Shown here: piece after piece, positions 1-11,810 of the stretch | How positions within the stretch are numbered: position 1 is the stretch's first letter | Layout: each line of letters begins with the position of its first letter | Origin: Utricularia gibba | Lineage: Eukaryota; Plantae; Magnoliophyta | Direction: 5' to 3' | Assembly: GCA_002189035.1 (NCBI GenBank) | Contig: CM007990.1 | Location: 4,464,001 to 4,528,000, forward strand | DNA: 64,000 nucleotides | The notes under the pieces: model-generated | Told to the model about the DNA's origin: nothing | Database searches by the model: none | The model's input: the letters and a program-made list of their open reading frames with translations, nothing else | Translations under genes and position numbers: made by a program

Positions 1-470
1 AATGTAGTTGTTCTACTCATTTTTAATTTCAAGATAATATCAAAACTTTTGACTTGTAATCATGATCAAGATGAATTTCATATTGATTTGAATTTAAATA
101 AAAAAAATAAGAAAATGTATTAGACTTACATGATAAAAATTCGATGTACTTATTATTTAAGTACCATCTATAATCACAAAAAAAAAATTTATTCGTAAGT
201 ATTAGAATAAAAAAATTTATATGGAACTTAAAATTAAAATAATTAAATATAAAAAATTATAAATCAATACTAGTTGATTCAACCTTATGTTTTTTTAATG
301 TAATTCATATTTTTACGTACTTGAACTTCACTTATTAATGCCATACCTCATCTTATCCTTCATTTCAATAATTACAAGTTAAAAAAAGGGCAAATCGTCA
401 AAGTCTAAGGTGAAACAAAATCGTATTTTGGCAGCCTCGAGTGTCCACCTACACTTAACATACGATAAAG

Positions 471-690
471 AGGCCCTAGCAGTTGAGTTAGCACCACCCA
501 CTTCCTTGGAGTCAAGGGTTCGAGGCTAAACCCGGCCCGATCTCCAAGGAATCGGGATTTAGTGCCTGCATCCAGAATCTCGGACCGGGCCGGCCACCAT
601 GGTCTTGGGCGGGTCCGGGGACATGAACTGGGCGGAGTGTCTCGGGTGGGCCGCCCCAATTCTCTCTTCCGGGGATTAGCCAACTATTCG
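471..690 (+). mobile_element. Possible degenerate tRNA-derived SINE-like or other TE remnant
   Basis: GC-rich island in very AT-rich DNA. It has an A-box-like TAGCAGTTGAG (477-487) and a B-box-like GGTTCGAGGC (517-526) at Pol III-like spacing. No clear poly-A tail or TSD, so weak. Confidence 0.2.
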
Positions 691-2254
691 GATTTATGTA
701 ATAAAATTTAAGAATATAAAACTCTAATATAAATATTACCCCACCTGATATACTAATTAGTATTTTCTTTCGAATATTAAATTTAATTCTATAATATTTT
801 TTATATAAATTAATTTATTAAATGACTATAATTTATTTTCCTTTTTTTTACAATAAGTAAAAGGGGGGCTGGAGGGCATTCACACATTTATCCTTATCTT
901 TAAAACAAAGAATGATGCATGACATCATGACACCATCACCATGCCGTGCTTATCTTCCCCGGTTCCTTTAATTAATCACGCGACAGGTGGCGAAGCATGA
1001 TTGGACAGCGCGTTAGGTATGGATTTGTAGCATTGCGCCAACACACCCCACTACCCATTAAACAATGAGCCCTTGTTTGACTCTCAAGACTCATGCAAAA
1101 TGATTGTGAGGGAAAGAAAATCTCCCTCTACATTGAGATTCAAATTTTGAAATTATTTTTATTTCTAGAAAATTAGTCCATTTCTTTGGTGTTAAGGTGC
1201 AGCAGCTAAGCACGAGAGTTCGATAATTGGAGCAAGATTAGGTATCTTTTTAGTGCATAGTGGCTCAATTATGTGACATGGGGGGAAATGAGGCCTCCCG
1301 TTCTTGAATTTAATTTAAACCCATTATTGTTGCTATTTCATTATAGCATGTAAAATAATGCCCCCCCCCCCCCCCCCGCCCCTTTTTTGCGGCATGTTTA
1401 GGTTTTGAGGTTGAAATATGAACAATTTTTTATAAATGGTTTTTTTTTTCAATTTCAAAATATTTTTTTTATTTTTGAAATTATTTTATCTAATTTATAA
1501 TTTATTTTTTCTTACTTTTTATTAATTTGATATTTTAAAAAATAAATTATATTTAATGAGTTTTTAATATATATATTTAAATCATTTTAAAAAGAAATCA
1601 AAATTCAACAATTTATGAATTTCAATGAGTATGAATTTATGAAGAAGAGGAGGTTTATGAATAAAGATTTAGTTCAAAATTCGAAGTTTAGATAAAAATT
1701 TAAAGATAATCATATAAGATTTATATAAAAAATTTTGATAGAAAATTTTATCGATATATATCACACAAATCCAATAAAATTTAAATCTTATTTTATATAA
1801 ATATCTTCTTTTCTCAATCATCTAGTATGATTTGAGTTCATAATAACGAGAATCATCAAATAATCGAATTGCATAAAACATTCATTGTTCGGAGTCCAAC
1901 TTGAGTGACAAAATCGAGCAATATTCTAAATTTCATTATGATGTAGATATATCATTGTAATAATTAGTTTTCGACGAGGAATTTCTAAGCACGAGTCGTC
2001 TGCATCGTGTATGATATGAATGTTAGAACTCCCAACGTCCCTTTTTTGTATTGTCCGCTAGTTAATGTGATAGTTACAGGATTATGACGTCATATTCCAG
2101 AACCTTAACATTATTAATTGCTATTAAAACATATTCAATAAATTAAAAAAAAAAGAAACCATGAATTATTCAAAGGAGTTATTCATTTGGTATGAAAAAA
2201 AGAACGTCAAATTCCATTTATATTACATCCATGTGATTAATGTGCGATTATTCC

Positions 2255-4380
2255 TTAATTTGGATATCCAGCTGCTAATTTCGATCTCAATTCCTTTCGC
2301 AGTATTTTCCCAGAAGGGCTCTTGGGAATCGCGTCGACGAAGAACACCTTCCCGATCCTCTTGTAGAACACAACCTGCTTCGATACAAACTGCTTGATGT
2401 CATCTTCCGTCACGCTTGCGCCTTTGGACTTCACGACAAAAGCAACCGGAATTTCTCCCGCGTCCTCATCCTTCATCCTGTTACGCAAGGATCATGTAAA
2501 GAAGATGGGCAGGGATTGAACAGTTCCACACGTTTTTGAGGGGAGAGGGCTTACGGGACGACGGCGGCGTCGGACACGGCGGCGTGAGTGAGGAGGAGAG
2601 CCTCCAGCTCCGCCGGGGCGACCTGGAATCCTTTGTATTTGATGAGTTCCTTGAGACGATCGACGATGAAGAGCTCGTCGTCGGCGTCGATCAACCCGAT
2701 GTCGCCGGTGTGAAGCCAACCGTCTTTGTCGATGGTTCTTTGAGTAGCCTCGAGGTCATGAAGGTAACCTGTCGTGTACACGAGTTGAGTAACCTGATAT
2801 AGAAAAAGGATGGTTTAAAGGGTGCAATGTGGGTTACCTTTCATGATCTGATCCCCGCGAATGCATATTTCTCCGGGCTGGTTCCGGCCGAGGGAAGCTC
2901 CGGTCTCGGTGTCGACGATTTTCATCTCGGCGTTTCTCACGACGGTGCCGCAGGCGCCGGATTTGATCGCCATCGGCTCCTTGGCGAAGGCCAAGCACAT
3001 CGCTAGCACCGGCCCTGCCTCGGTCATACCATACCCCTGCCCATTTTCCATTTTTCATTATTAAATTAAAAAAATAAAAGGTAGTTGATAAATCATTATC
3101 GAATATACTTCTTAAAACGAAAAACGGTATATCCAATTTTTAACATTTGTTTAAAAAAATGATAAAAAAAAAGAGATATAAATGGGGCATATTAGAAATT
3201 TCACTATCCTTTAATCATTGTATTAGAAAATTGACTGTGGGTAACCTTTTTTTTAAATAACCCTATATAAATTAGAGAAAGGAGGTGACGAAGCCGAGCA
3301 CCTACTCCTGTGATGTGCAATCTACTAATGTCTAATTATAGAATTATTTGATTTAATTAAGATAGGATGTAAATGGTACCTGGCCAAGTTTTGCGTTAGG
3401 GAACTTGATCCTGACGGCGTCTTCGAGTTCCTTGCCGAGGGGGGCGGCGCCGGACATGACGGTACGGACGGAGGAGAGGTCGAATTTGTCGACGATGGGG
3501 CTTTTGACGATGGAGAGGACGATGGGGGGACGAAGGGGCCGATGGTGACTTTGTATCTCTGGATGAGGTCGAGGAACTGGGAGATCTCGAACTTCTGCAT
3601 GATGAGAATGGCGGCGCCCACGCGGAGGCCGCAGAGGAGGACGGAGTTGAGGGAGTAGATATGGAAGAGGGGCAGGACGCAGAGCAACACGTCTTCGCTG
3701 TGGAGGTAGAGATTGGGATTCTGGCCGTCCACTTGTTGGGCGACGCTGGTGACCAGCCCTTTGTGCGTGAGCATCACGCCCTTTGGGAGGCCGGTAGTCC
3801 CGGAGGAGTAGGGCAGCGCGACGACGTCGTTGGGGTGGATTTTCACCGCCGGCATGTCGCTCTCGTCCGCGGAGGAGAGCTCCGTGAAGTGGAGGCACCC
3901 GGGAGGCGGGGAGTCGATGCAAATGACTTTTATGCCCTTATCCAAAGCGAAATCCATCACCTTCTCCACGTGGCAGGAGACGGTGATGATGAGTTTCGCG
4001 GCGGAGGCGGTGGCCTGCTTGATCACCTCCGCGGCGGTGAAGAAGGGATTCGCCATGGTGGTGATGGCGCCGATGTGGGAGGCACCCAGGAAGGTCAAGA
4101 CGAATTCCGGCGAGTTGGGGAGGAGGAGCATGATGGTATCCCCCTGATTGATCCCCAGCTGGCTCAGCCCCGCCGCCACCTTTCGCGATTTCAGCTCCAC
4201 CTCCTGGTAGGTGAAAACTTCCCCCGTGGCGCCGTTGATCAGACACGGGCGCGAACTGAACTCCGACATGTTCTCGAAGCAATAGGAGTGAAGAGGCAAG
4301 TGCTTGGGAATGTAGATATCCGGCAGCTTTGATCGGAAGATAATCTCATCTCCCTTTACAGTCATCGTCTCGATCGCCAT
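2255..4380 (-). CDS. 4CL: 4-coumarate:CoA ligase (4 exons: 4380-3380, 3036-2838, 2768-2555, 2477-2255); apparent 1-bp frameshift in G-run 3524-3529
   Basis: Box [21 protein letters not shown], box II GEICIRG, GWLHTGD and C-terminal [14 protein letters not shown] junctions are in phase. The frame switches at [17 protein letters not shown]. Confidence 0.96.
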
Positions 4381-4494
4381 TCCGGATCAAATATGAACAA
4401 GAACCGAGACCAGAATGTGGAAAGGGAGAAGGAATTGAGGGCACAACTGTCTTTGGGAGCTAGTTGAACCTGAAGACGAAGACCGGATGCGATG

Positions 4495-4715
4495 GAGTAT
4501 AAATATTGGAGAGAATTGGTGAGGTTGGTAAACAGATTTGGGTCAAAGGGGAAATTGGTGGTTGTTGTCAGGGTATTTCCGAGAATTCACATCCTCTCCA
4601 ACCTCCTTTGATAGTGCTGTGTGGTTGGTTTTGGGGTTGGTAGGTAAAGGATGTTATGCGCAGGATGCTGACTGAGTGAGAAAAATATGTGCCACGTAGG
4701 ATTCACCTACCAACA
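4495..4715 (-). promoter_or_regulatory. 4CL proximal promoter with TATA-like box and AC (MYB/PAL-box) elements
   Basis: Minus strand: TATTTATA at about 4497-4504, ACCAACCTCACC (4518-4529) and overlapping ACCTACC/ACCAACC (4635-4645). Plus strand: CACCTACCAAC (4704-4714) and G-box-like GCCACGTA (4691). AC elements are typical of phenylpropanoid gene promoters. Confidence 0.7.
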
Positions 4716-5273
4716 CCAAGACCAGGAAGATATTCACCCAAAAAAAGAAAAAAAAAACATGTTCAAACTTGAAACAATGACTGAAATTGTGACATAATAT
4801 AAAATAAAACGTAATTTATGTATTTAAATTTAAAATACGTTTGATAGATGAATTTAAGTATATTAAATAAATGTATATAATAACTTTAATATAAAATAAA
4901 TTTTTTATTTTTTTTTCATAAAGAAGTATATAACAATTCAATTTATATAAAACTAATTTTAAATGAAATCATAATTACCTAATATTTATATTAAATAAAA
5001 TATTCATTTATAACTAGGATTTGGGGTTAAATGTACTAATATTCAAGCCCAGTGGCAATTCCGTACGAGCCTTGGGAAATGGGCTACAATGAATATTGGG
5101 CCTGGGATCCAACTGTTTTAGGCTGTGATAGGTTGGTTGGGAAGCCCAAATGAATTGGCCCCATTTCCGTAGCGGCATTTTGATTGAATTCCAAAGGCGC
5201 AAAACAGCATTGTAGCAAAACCATCTATGAAACCTCGGCGGTTCGCTGGGGAGCGGAGGGGAGGGGGGAGGAA

Positions 5274-6951
5274 ATGGTTAGGTTGACGGCGGATTTGATG
5301 TGGAAAAGTCCTCATTTTTTCAACGTCATTCACGAGGGAGAACTGGATCTGCGATGTGGCCTGGTGCCACTCGCGTTGCCATTGCTTTGCAGTTGATTGA
5401 AATCTGAGGTATTGTTTGTGTGTGGTTTTTGAATAATGCACATGGAACAAGATTGCTGTCATTGAAAGCGTTGGTGCTAACTGAGGTAATTTTGTTGTGT
5501 ATTTAGGTGTTCTTCTTGCTTGTGGACATTGTCTTGCATGGAGTTTCATGATGTAGAAACCGTTTTTTATCGTGTTGTTTTATTGGAGCGATTAGGGTGT
5601 TCACTTGGTTGCTATTATTTTGGTTGGGTACTTGCAAAACCCGAAACCCCATATTGCTTTTGTTGTTCACAGACGTTTTTTTGTTTTTTGATGCAGGATC
5701 AATTTGACACTATCGATATATCTGACAATGAGATTGTCAAACTCGAGAATTTTCCATTGATGAGCCGCCTTAGTACTTCGTTAGTTAACAACAACAGAAT
5801 TACTCGCATCAATCCTAATTTGGGAGGTACCACCTGATTTGTGATTTGGGAGCTGAAATGAGTTCTTAAATGGAAGGAAGGCGTTTAGACTAACAACAGG
5901 TTGACTAACCTGGTGGAAATTGATCCTCTCGCATCACTCCCGAAGCTGCAGTTCCTTAGTTTGCTAAACAGAAATATTACTAAGAAACCCAATTACCGCT
6001 TATATGTTATTCACGAGCTCAAGTCATTGCGCGTTCTAGATTTCAGGAAAGTTAAACAGAAGGTCAGTATGGATAATAGGTTTGTGTTTCAAGCCTCAGC
6101 TTTTTCCGCAAGCTTTTTTTTTGTCAAAATGGAAGTTGCGGTTATTTCTTGTTGCATAAACCAGGAAAGTAGTATTTTGATGGCAATGTTTCAACCCTCA
6201 AATGATCAGTGCACTATGTGAACTGTGTAGGCTAGGATCATCGCTTTGATTATTGTGTACATTTATGATTGTGTTTAATATCTGCTTCAAATGGCAAGAG
6301 GAGCGGCTTGAAGCCCATAAGCTGTTTGCTTCTGAGGAAGCTGAATACGAAGCTAAACGAGAATATGTTTAGACATTTGTACCCAGCGAGGTTCCTAGCA
6401 CCCAAGATTTGAACACAGAGGAACCAATTACTAAACCAGCTGCCCCAACACCTGAGCAGATTTTAGCTATCAAGGTATTGTTGACCATGCTAACGCTTCC
6501 TTTATCATCTCCTTTTACGTTCTATTTGAAAGTTGTGTGATTTGTCTCTGTGAGTTCTAATTTCATTTTACTTCCATGCAGGCCGCCATTGTTAACTCAC
6601 AAACTCTTGAAGAGGTGGCTAGGCTTGAACAGCTAAATTTCATCTCCTAGTCTACATGGGAAGTGAAACATAAACTTATCATTTCCTTGTCATTCATCAT
6701 ATCCAGGCACTAAAATCAGCCCAACTTCCAGCTGATCTCAATCTCATCGACACTGCTAGCACACCAAAAGCTGAAACCATCCGACAGGATACCGATACTA
6801 AAGGTACAAAGGGGGAAGCTAAAAGCCAGGAAACTGAAGCAGGGGATGAGGCTGATGAAATGGAACAGGTACACTATATGTGCTTCACGTATTCCCACTG
6901 CATATGAGCAACATCTTCATCATTCATTTGATTGATCTCTTTCAGGATTAA
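5274..6951 (+). pseudogene. U2A': U2 snRNP protein A' pseudogene (intron-containing)
   Basis: Exons encode MVRLTADLMWKSPHFFN, NKIAVIE, DQFDTIDISDNEIVKLENFP, NLVEIDPLASLPKLQ...YRLYVIH, APTPEQILAIK and AAIVNSQTLEEVARLEQ. Lesions: extra A giving TGA at 5482-5484, loss of the FLPKLHSLVL segment near 5889, TAG at 6370-6372, donor GT>CT at 6633, and no AG acceptor before exon 2. Confidence 0.85.
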
Positions 6952-7481
6952 GGTGGTCCTCATATCTCCACCTCCCGTATTGAACGTAAAGCATCCTTGT
7001 TGCACTTCACGAACGTTGTAGATGGTGTCTTGTCTTCTGCAAGTTTTGTAGCACAGCAAAAGGCTCTAGCTTGTCTTCTGCAAGCATCGCAGGTGTCAAG
7101 CATGTGCGGGACGGGAAGACGATACCCCGACTTCTCTCAGATTACTTCGCATAAACATCGCCTCTTATGGGATCGGAGATGGCTTCCTGGCGATCGGAAT
7201 CCTGAACATGCACCATGTTGCGGAAGACTGAAAGCTTCAAGAACTTGTCTGCCTTCTCCGCGACCTATTCCGGCACCTCCATTTCCGGCAAGCTCTTACT
7301 TGACTTTCTCAATTGCAGGTGTGGTGCGCCACCGCGAACAGCCCGAATCCTACAGATAACGTTACGATCCCTGCCGCCGTAAAAACCGGCGCATTGAAAG
7401 CAAACTCGGAATCCGATGGGCTGTCTGAATGTCGGTGTTCACACACTGAAAGCGAATTCGGATTATTTTCTTACTGTGGTT

Positions 7482-7703
7482 TCACGCGTTGGCAGAAGCG
7501 ATGGGAGGCGGGGGAGTAAGGCTGCTGATCGGAAGCGGGAAGCCTCGCCGTGGAGCGGCTGCCACTGACATTCTTACCCCTGGAATTACCATGAATGCAA
7601 GGCAAACAAAGCAGACGTCCGTGACAAAGGATTATAACTCACCGGCGAAGGTATTCACACGCGCCGCCGTTCTCAAAGCCACTTCCGATTGACTACTATT
7701 CAT
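7482..7703 (-). CDS. Candidate 2-exon small ORF (52 aa, MNSSQSEVALRTAARVNTFAGVRMSVAAAPRRGFPLPISSLTPPPPIASANA), function unknown
   Basis: ATG 7703, exact GTGAGT donor at 7642, CAG acceptor at 7580 (63-nt intron), TGA 7484-7482. TATATAA lies about 45 nt upstream, with ABRE motifs beyond it. No family recognised. Confidence 0.3.
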
Positions 7704-7829
7704 CCTTACCAACTTCAAACCTCCCAAGGTCTCCATTGTAATTAATTATATACAGAATTGCAGCGAGAGCTACGCGTCATGAAATCATAAGCACACGTCA
7801 CCACAGAAACTTCTGCATACGCCACGTTT

Positions 7830-7853
7830 TCTCTCTCTCTCTCTCTCTCTCTC
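7830..7853. repeat. (TC)12 microsatellite
   Basis: Read directly from the sequence. Confidence 0.95.
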
Positions 7854-8049
7854 ATATTCTAATCGTTGAACCTTTCACCGGATACTTTGGATTTATCAGA
7901 AGCTAACCCAGTTTTCCGGTAAGCCGGAACTAACTTGGTGTGCTGGCGTTTCCCATTCAATAAACTTGATCTGAATCTTCATTGGGATTACACAGCCATA
8001 CGTACCGTACACGCACAGTCAAAGCTTCAGTTGAATCCTCCATTGTCAC

Positions 8050-10092
8050 CTAATGGAGCTCCAGACTCTTTTTCATGGCTTCATAGACCAGGTACGTGAT
8101 GCTTGCAGCAGGGATGACCTTCAGGAGATTCGGGAAAAGCCCTTTGTAGAACCCTCTAACACCTTCACGCTTGTACGTCCTCCCAAACACCTCATGCATA
8201 CTACTCCTGCCGCGTTCAGCTTGCATTCTGCACATCACTCGAGAATGAATGGCAACGAAGAGTTCATTGATCGCAGGTGGAAATCTCACTGTTACCATTT
8301 ACCTCGTTCTGACAACCTGCAGTGGGTAAACACATGTAGCTCCCAAGGCGCCTGAAACTGTCCCGCAACTGATTTGCGTCAGCGGCCCAGGATCTGGAAA
8401 CAAGCACAAGCTCTGTGAAAGGGCCAAGGAGGAGAATTGAAGAATGTGTATACCTTCGTTATGAAGAATGTATTTCTTGGACACTTCTTTCAGTGTTTCG
8501 TATGCAGCTAGATCGATGCCGGCGTAAGGTATGATCCCAAGAAGAGATGGCAGCAGCCCCTTGTAAAGAGCTCGAGGACCCTCTTGAACTAAGATGTCTT
8601 TTGTCAGTTTCCCTAAACTTGGAACGCCCCCGCCATCACAAACATGTGTTTGCAGGCGAGTTTTGATGAGATCCATCGGATAAATGGCGGTCTGCGCCAC
8701 TGCTCCGGCGAGCCCTCCTGCACAGAGGAGGCTTATGCTTCCTATACCTCCATCACCATCTCCCAGAACGGATTTCAGCTTTTCAAAAGTGTAGAACTTT
8801 ATGGCGCTTTCAGGGCCAACCTTCAGCACATTTAGCCCGTTGCCTCTGTAAAAACCAGGAAACCCACCTTGCTTCCAGATGCTTTTCACTGCACTGCTGA
8901 CGGAGGCGTTTTCCGTCTGTACTTGCAATACTACCTTCAGGCGATCGAAGGGCGCAGTTACTGTACGCGAAGCAGCACCAGCTACTCCTCCAGCGATCAA
9001 GTACTTGGTGGCGTTGACGTGCTTGCTGACTTGAGGAATCACTGCCTGCTCGCCGATGTCCACCAGATACACCCTTTCCCAGTACCGGTAGATGTTCTCC
9101 ATGGTAACCTCGTGTGGATACAACAGCAGAAAATCCCTCCACTCTTCAAATGTAATGATCCCATTGTTGTCTTTGTCGACATGTTCCACGAAATGAGCAA
9201 GTTCATCGTCATTCAGCTCTATGCCTGCACAAGAACTGCCTCCACTTATAAGACGATAAATGAAACTAAGCAGCCAAAGAGTATCCTCAAAAAGAGCTCA
9301 ACAGTATGGAAGACATGAAGCTTGTGCCAAAGAATCCAGCTTACAGATAATAGGTTGGTATCTAAAGACAAGTGTGCGTTTGCTGGAAAAGAAAGTGATT
9401 CAGCTCATTCCAACAGGAAGGGGAAGAAACAAAGCTTGCTTAATGATCAGAGAAGCTGATATAAAACATGGAAAGCCACTGAGATTTCACTAAGCATGAA
9501 TAAATTTGTGCTCCTTGCGGTCATAATGAAAATCCCCATGTTGAATGTCGATTCTGCCGTTTCACAAGCCATGAATCTGAACTAAAACCCAATGTACACA
9601 TACATATGGCACAAGGAAATTCTTACGGCTATTTCAGCCAAGATAATGTACCAGCTTTGGCCAGAGCATTCCCCAGCTCCTCCGGCTGTATAGAACCACT
9701 GTGCTCCACATCAATCGCCTGAAAAATCGTATACAACTCCAGCTCCTTGTCATCCATATACTTTCTAAACTCCTGATAATCAACTCTACCATCTCGATTT
9801 GCATCGCAAACTTCCAGAAGCTCCTTAGCGAACTTGTAATCGGCAGGGATTTGCATCGCAGATAACCCCTTCTGGATCCGGGCAGAATCCAGATAACCCA
9901 CATTATCAGAATCGAAGAAACCAAACAAGCCTTGCAATCTCAACTCTCGCTCCTCCTTTGTCTCCTGCAGAGCCAAGAGCACGTGCTCCAGCGCCACTGG
10001 CTCGGGCTTCGGGTTCTACCGGGTCGGGCTTCGGGGTCAGTGGGTTCTGCAGCAGTCGTTGAAGCGATCGGAATCTCCACTCCCGCGGCCAT
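8050..10092 (-). CDS. APC: Calcium-binding mitochondrial ATP-Mg/Pi carrier (APC/SCaMC type); exons 10092-9652, 9224-8454, 8393-8303, 8227-8050; inferred 1-bp frameshift near 10011-10013
   Basis: EF hands ([27 protein letters not shown]) and three carrier repeats ([26 protein letters not shown]). The ATG at 10092 is out of frame by one base with the LEHVLLAL frame; one extra base at the GGG run restores it. Confidence 0.92.
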
Positions 10093-10514
10093 TTGAACCA
10101 GACAATGACTAATTGACTACGGCCGCCACTAAAAAAATGAATTCTTGAATCTGAGTTCCATGTACCCCGCACGAAAACCTAGATAAAAAAGAATAAAAAA
10201 CAGATTAACTCTTCTTGGTAAGAGGACCGGACAAGACGGTCGCTTTGATACAAACGTTTGAAACGAAATATGCATCCAAAAACAAGTTCGAAAAGATTGA
10301 AATTCCAAGACAAATCTTCAGAATTCCCAAATCGCACAGAACCCGCGTTCTTGAACAGCAACCCTTTGTGACTGGATTCCATATTTTACAAGAAAAATAT
10401 GAACTTGCTCTTAATTCTTGATGTGTTGAGATATGTACACCAGTGTTCACACACACCAATACATCTAAAATCTTCTTAAGAATCCCAAACTCCAAGATCT
10501 CCGACTTGCTCGTG

Positions 10515-10643
10515 TTAGTCCTTGGGATGCAGTAGGACTCTTGTGAGGGCCTGGAAAGCAATGGAAGCCATTCTCGACTTGATCTGCCCTCTCCTCGGCA
10601 CAAGCCTCATGCTGCTGCCACTCATCATCGTGTAATGATCCAT
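10515..10643 (-). CDS. 42-aa small peptide MDHYTMMSGSSMRLVPRRGQIKSRMASIAFQALTRVLLHPKD (P[RK]RGQ[IV]K-motif type)
   Basis: ATG 10643, TAA 10517-10515, no intron; below the ORF-track size cut-off. The core LVPRRGQIKSR matches a motif I recall from many uncharacterised short plant proteins. TATA box about 60 nt upstream. Confidence 0.7.
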   Translation of the reverse strand: MDHYTMMSGSSMRLVPRRGQIKSRMASIAFQALTRVLLHPKD

Positions 10644-10700
10644 CCGAGCGTACAGAACCAGTTACTGTATTTGTCACTGCTGGCATTCTAAAAGTTCATT

Positions 10701-10746
10701 CTATATATAGAGAGACACGGGGACACGCGGGGGCAACTTGACACGA
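10701..10746 (-). promoter_or_regulatory. TATA box plus three CGTGT/CGCGTG motifs (CAMTA/ABRE-coupling-like) upstream of the small peptide
   Basis: CTATATATAG at 10701-10710. Minus-strand CCGTGTC, CCGCGTGTC and TCGTGTC lie within the next about 35 bp. Confidence 0.5.
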
Positions 10747-11018
10747 TCCGGTTGAAAGTCAAGAACTGCGGGCATTTGATCTGTCTTGAGATCAATGTGA
10801 ACTGAGGACAAGAATTTGACCAAATGGCTGTTCCAAGATTTAACTCATAAAAAATTTAAAATATTAAATTAAAATAATTATTTTATTCTTTATAATGTAT
10901 TGAATTTAAGTAAATTTATTAGCAAAATGATTCGATTTATAATAATTATATTTTCATTTATTTATTCATTTGTCTTCTTTTTTTTGTGCGAAACAGAACA
11001 GCTCTTCCGATGCTCTCG

Positions 11019-11810
11019 TCGCGAGAGGCCGGTGTCGGCGAAGAGGCGGCGAAGGTGCTGAAAGGAGGGAGGCCTGAATGTCGTCTTTCATCGATTGGAT
11101 GTCGTTGATCCGCAGTCGATTGAAGTCTTTGTCGATTACGGCGGGATCGATAAACAATGCGTTAAGAAAATTATTTATCTAGCATTGGATGATTCCATAT
11201 CTAGCATGTTCCCCGCTTTGTTCTTTGAGAGTCGGCGGAATGAATCTGCGGATAAACAATGCTGGGGTGGATTTCAGCACAGGATCAGACAGTAGCGCTG
11301 AATCTGCTGAGAAAGTTATCTTCACCCACTATTTTGTCACCAGACGTGATTGGGAAGATTCCAGGGGAAAATAACATCGATTCTACAATCTCTGGAAACA
11401 ATTTCTTATGCTGTTGCAGAAAATTGAAAACCTTGAGCTGAGGTGAAGGGTGGGGGATGAGGAATCTCTGTCCGAGGAGACAACCGAGAAGACGATGCAC
11501 AAATTCTTGGAACAAGTGAAGGATGGAACTTGGCAACAAGGTGGATGGCCTCATCTTCAGACTATTCCCTGTCGTAACTAGCTGTCAGCATGTACACCAG
11601 GGTGATGGCGAGAGAATTCTCCATCGACCGGAGAGGCAGAATATTTACATCAACTGGTACTGGTGGGGATGGGTAAGAACTGCTATGACCGGTTGGAATG
11701 GGCATGTCAGCCCGGAGGAAGGAGCTGACACCGCCGTCTGGCTTGCCCTTCTCCCTGATCAGTTCATCAGCGGCAAGTTTTTCTCAGAGTGGCGCACGAT
11801 ACATTTCTAG
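11019..11810 (+). pseudogene. Short-chain dehydrogenase/reductase (carbonyl reductase / neomenthol dehydrogenase-like) pseudogene
   Basis: Fragments SREAGVGEEAAKVL, GGLNVVFHRLDV, INNAGVDF, FLEQVKDGTWQQGGWP, GWVRTAMTG and ADTAVWLAL...GKFFSE*. The catalytic YxxxK reads YSLS* (TAA 11575-11577). Several frameshifts; the N-terminal TGxxxGIG is absent. Confidence 0.85.

Noticed and set aside
1341-1356. Long poly-C here and poly-G at about 55296-55311 as functional G-quadruplex elements
   Set aside because: Simple intergenic homopolymers whose lengths are unreliable given the apparent homopolymer error rate.
2536-4332. Long antisense or alternate-frame ORFs over 4CL (e.g. 3661-4332 +), and similar ones over the CYPs, ABCC5, TPR and WDR70
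   Set aside because: Expected shadow ORFs of GC-rich coding sequence; no motifs or independent promoters.
7313-7480. Third exon extending the candidate ABRE gene to a hydrophobic VFTAAGIVTLSVGFGLFAV segment
   Set aside because: It would need a 29-48-nt intron (too short) and readthrough of a TGA.
10465-10686. 73-aa ORF from the track as the real small gene
   Set aside because: Its ATG is too close to the TATA box to be transcribed, and the overlapping 42-aa frame carries the recognisable motif.
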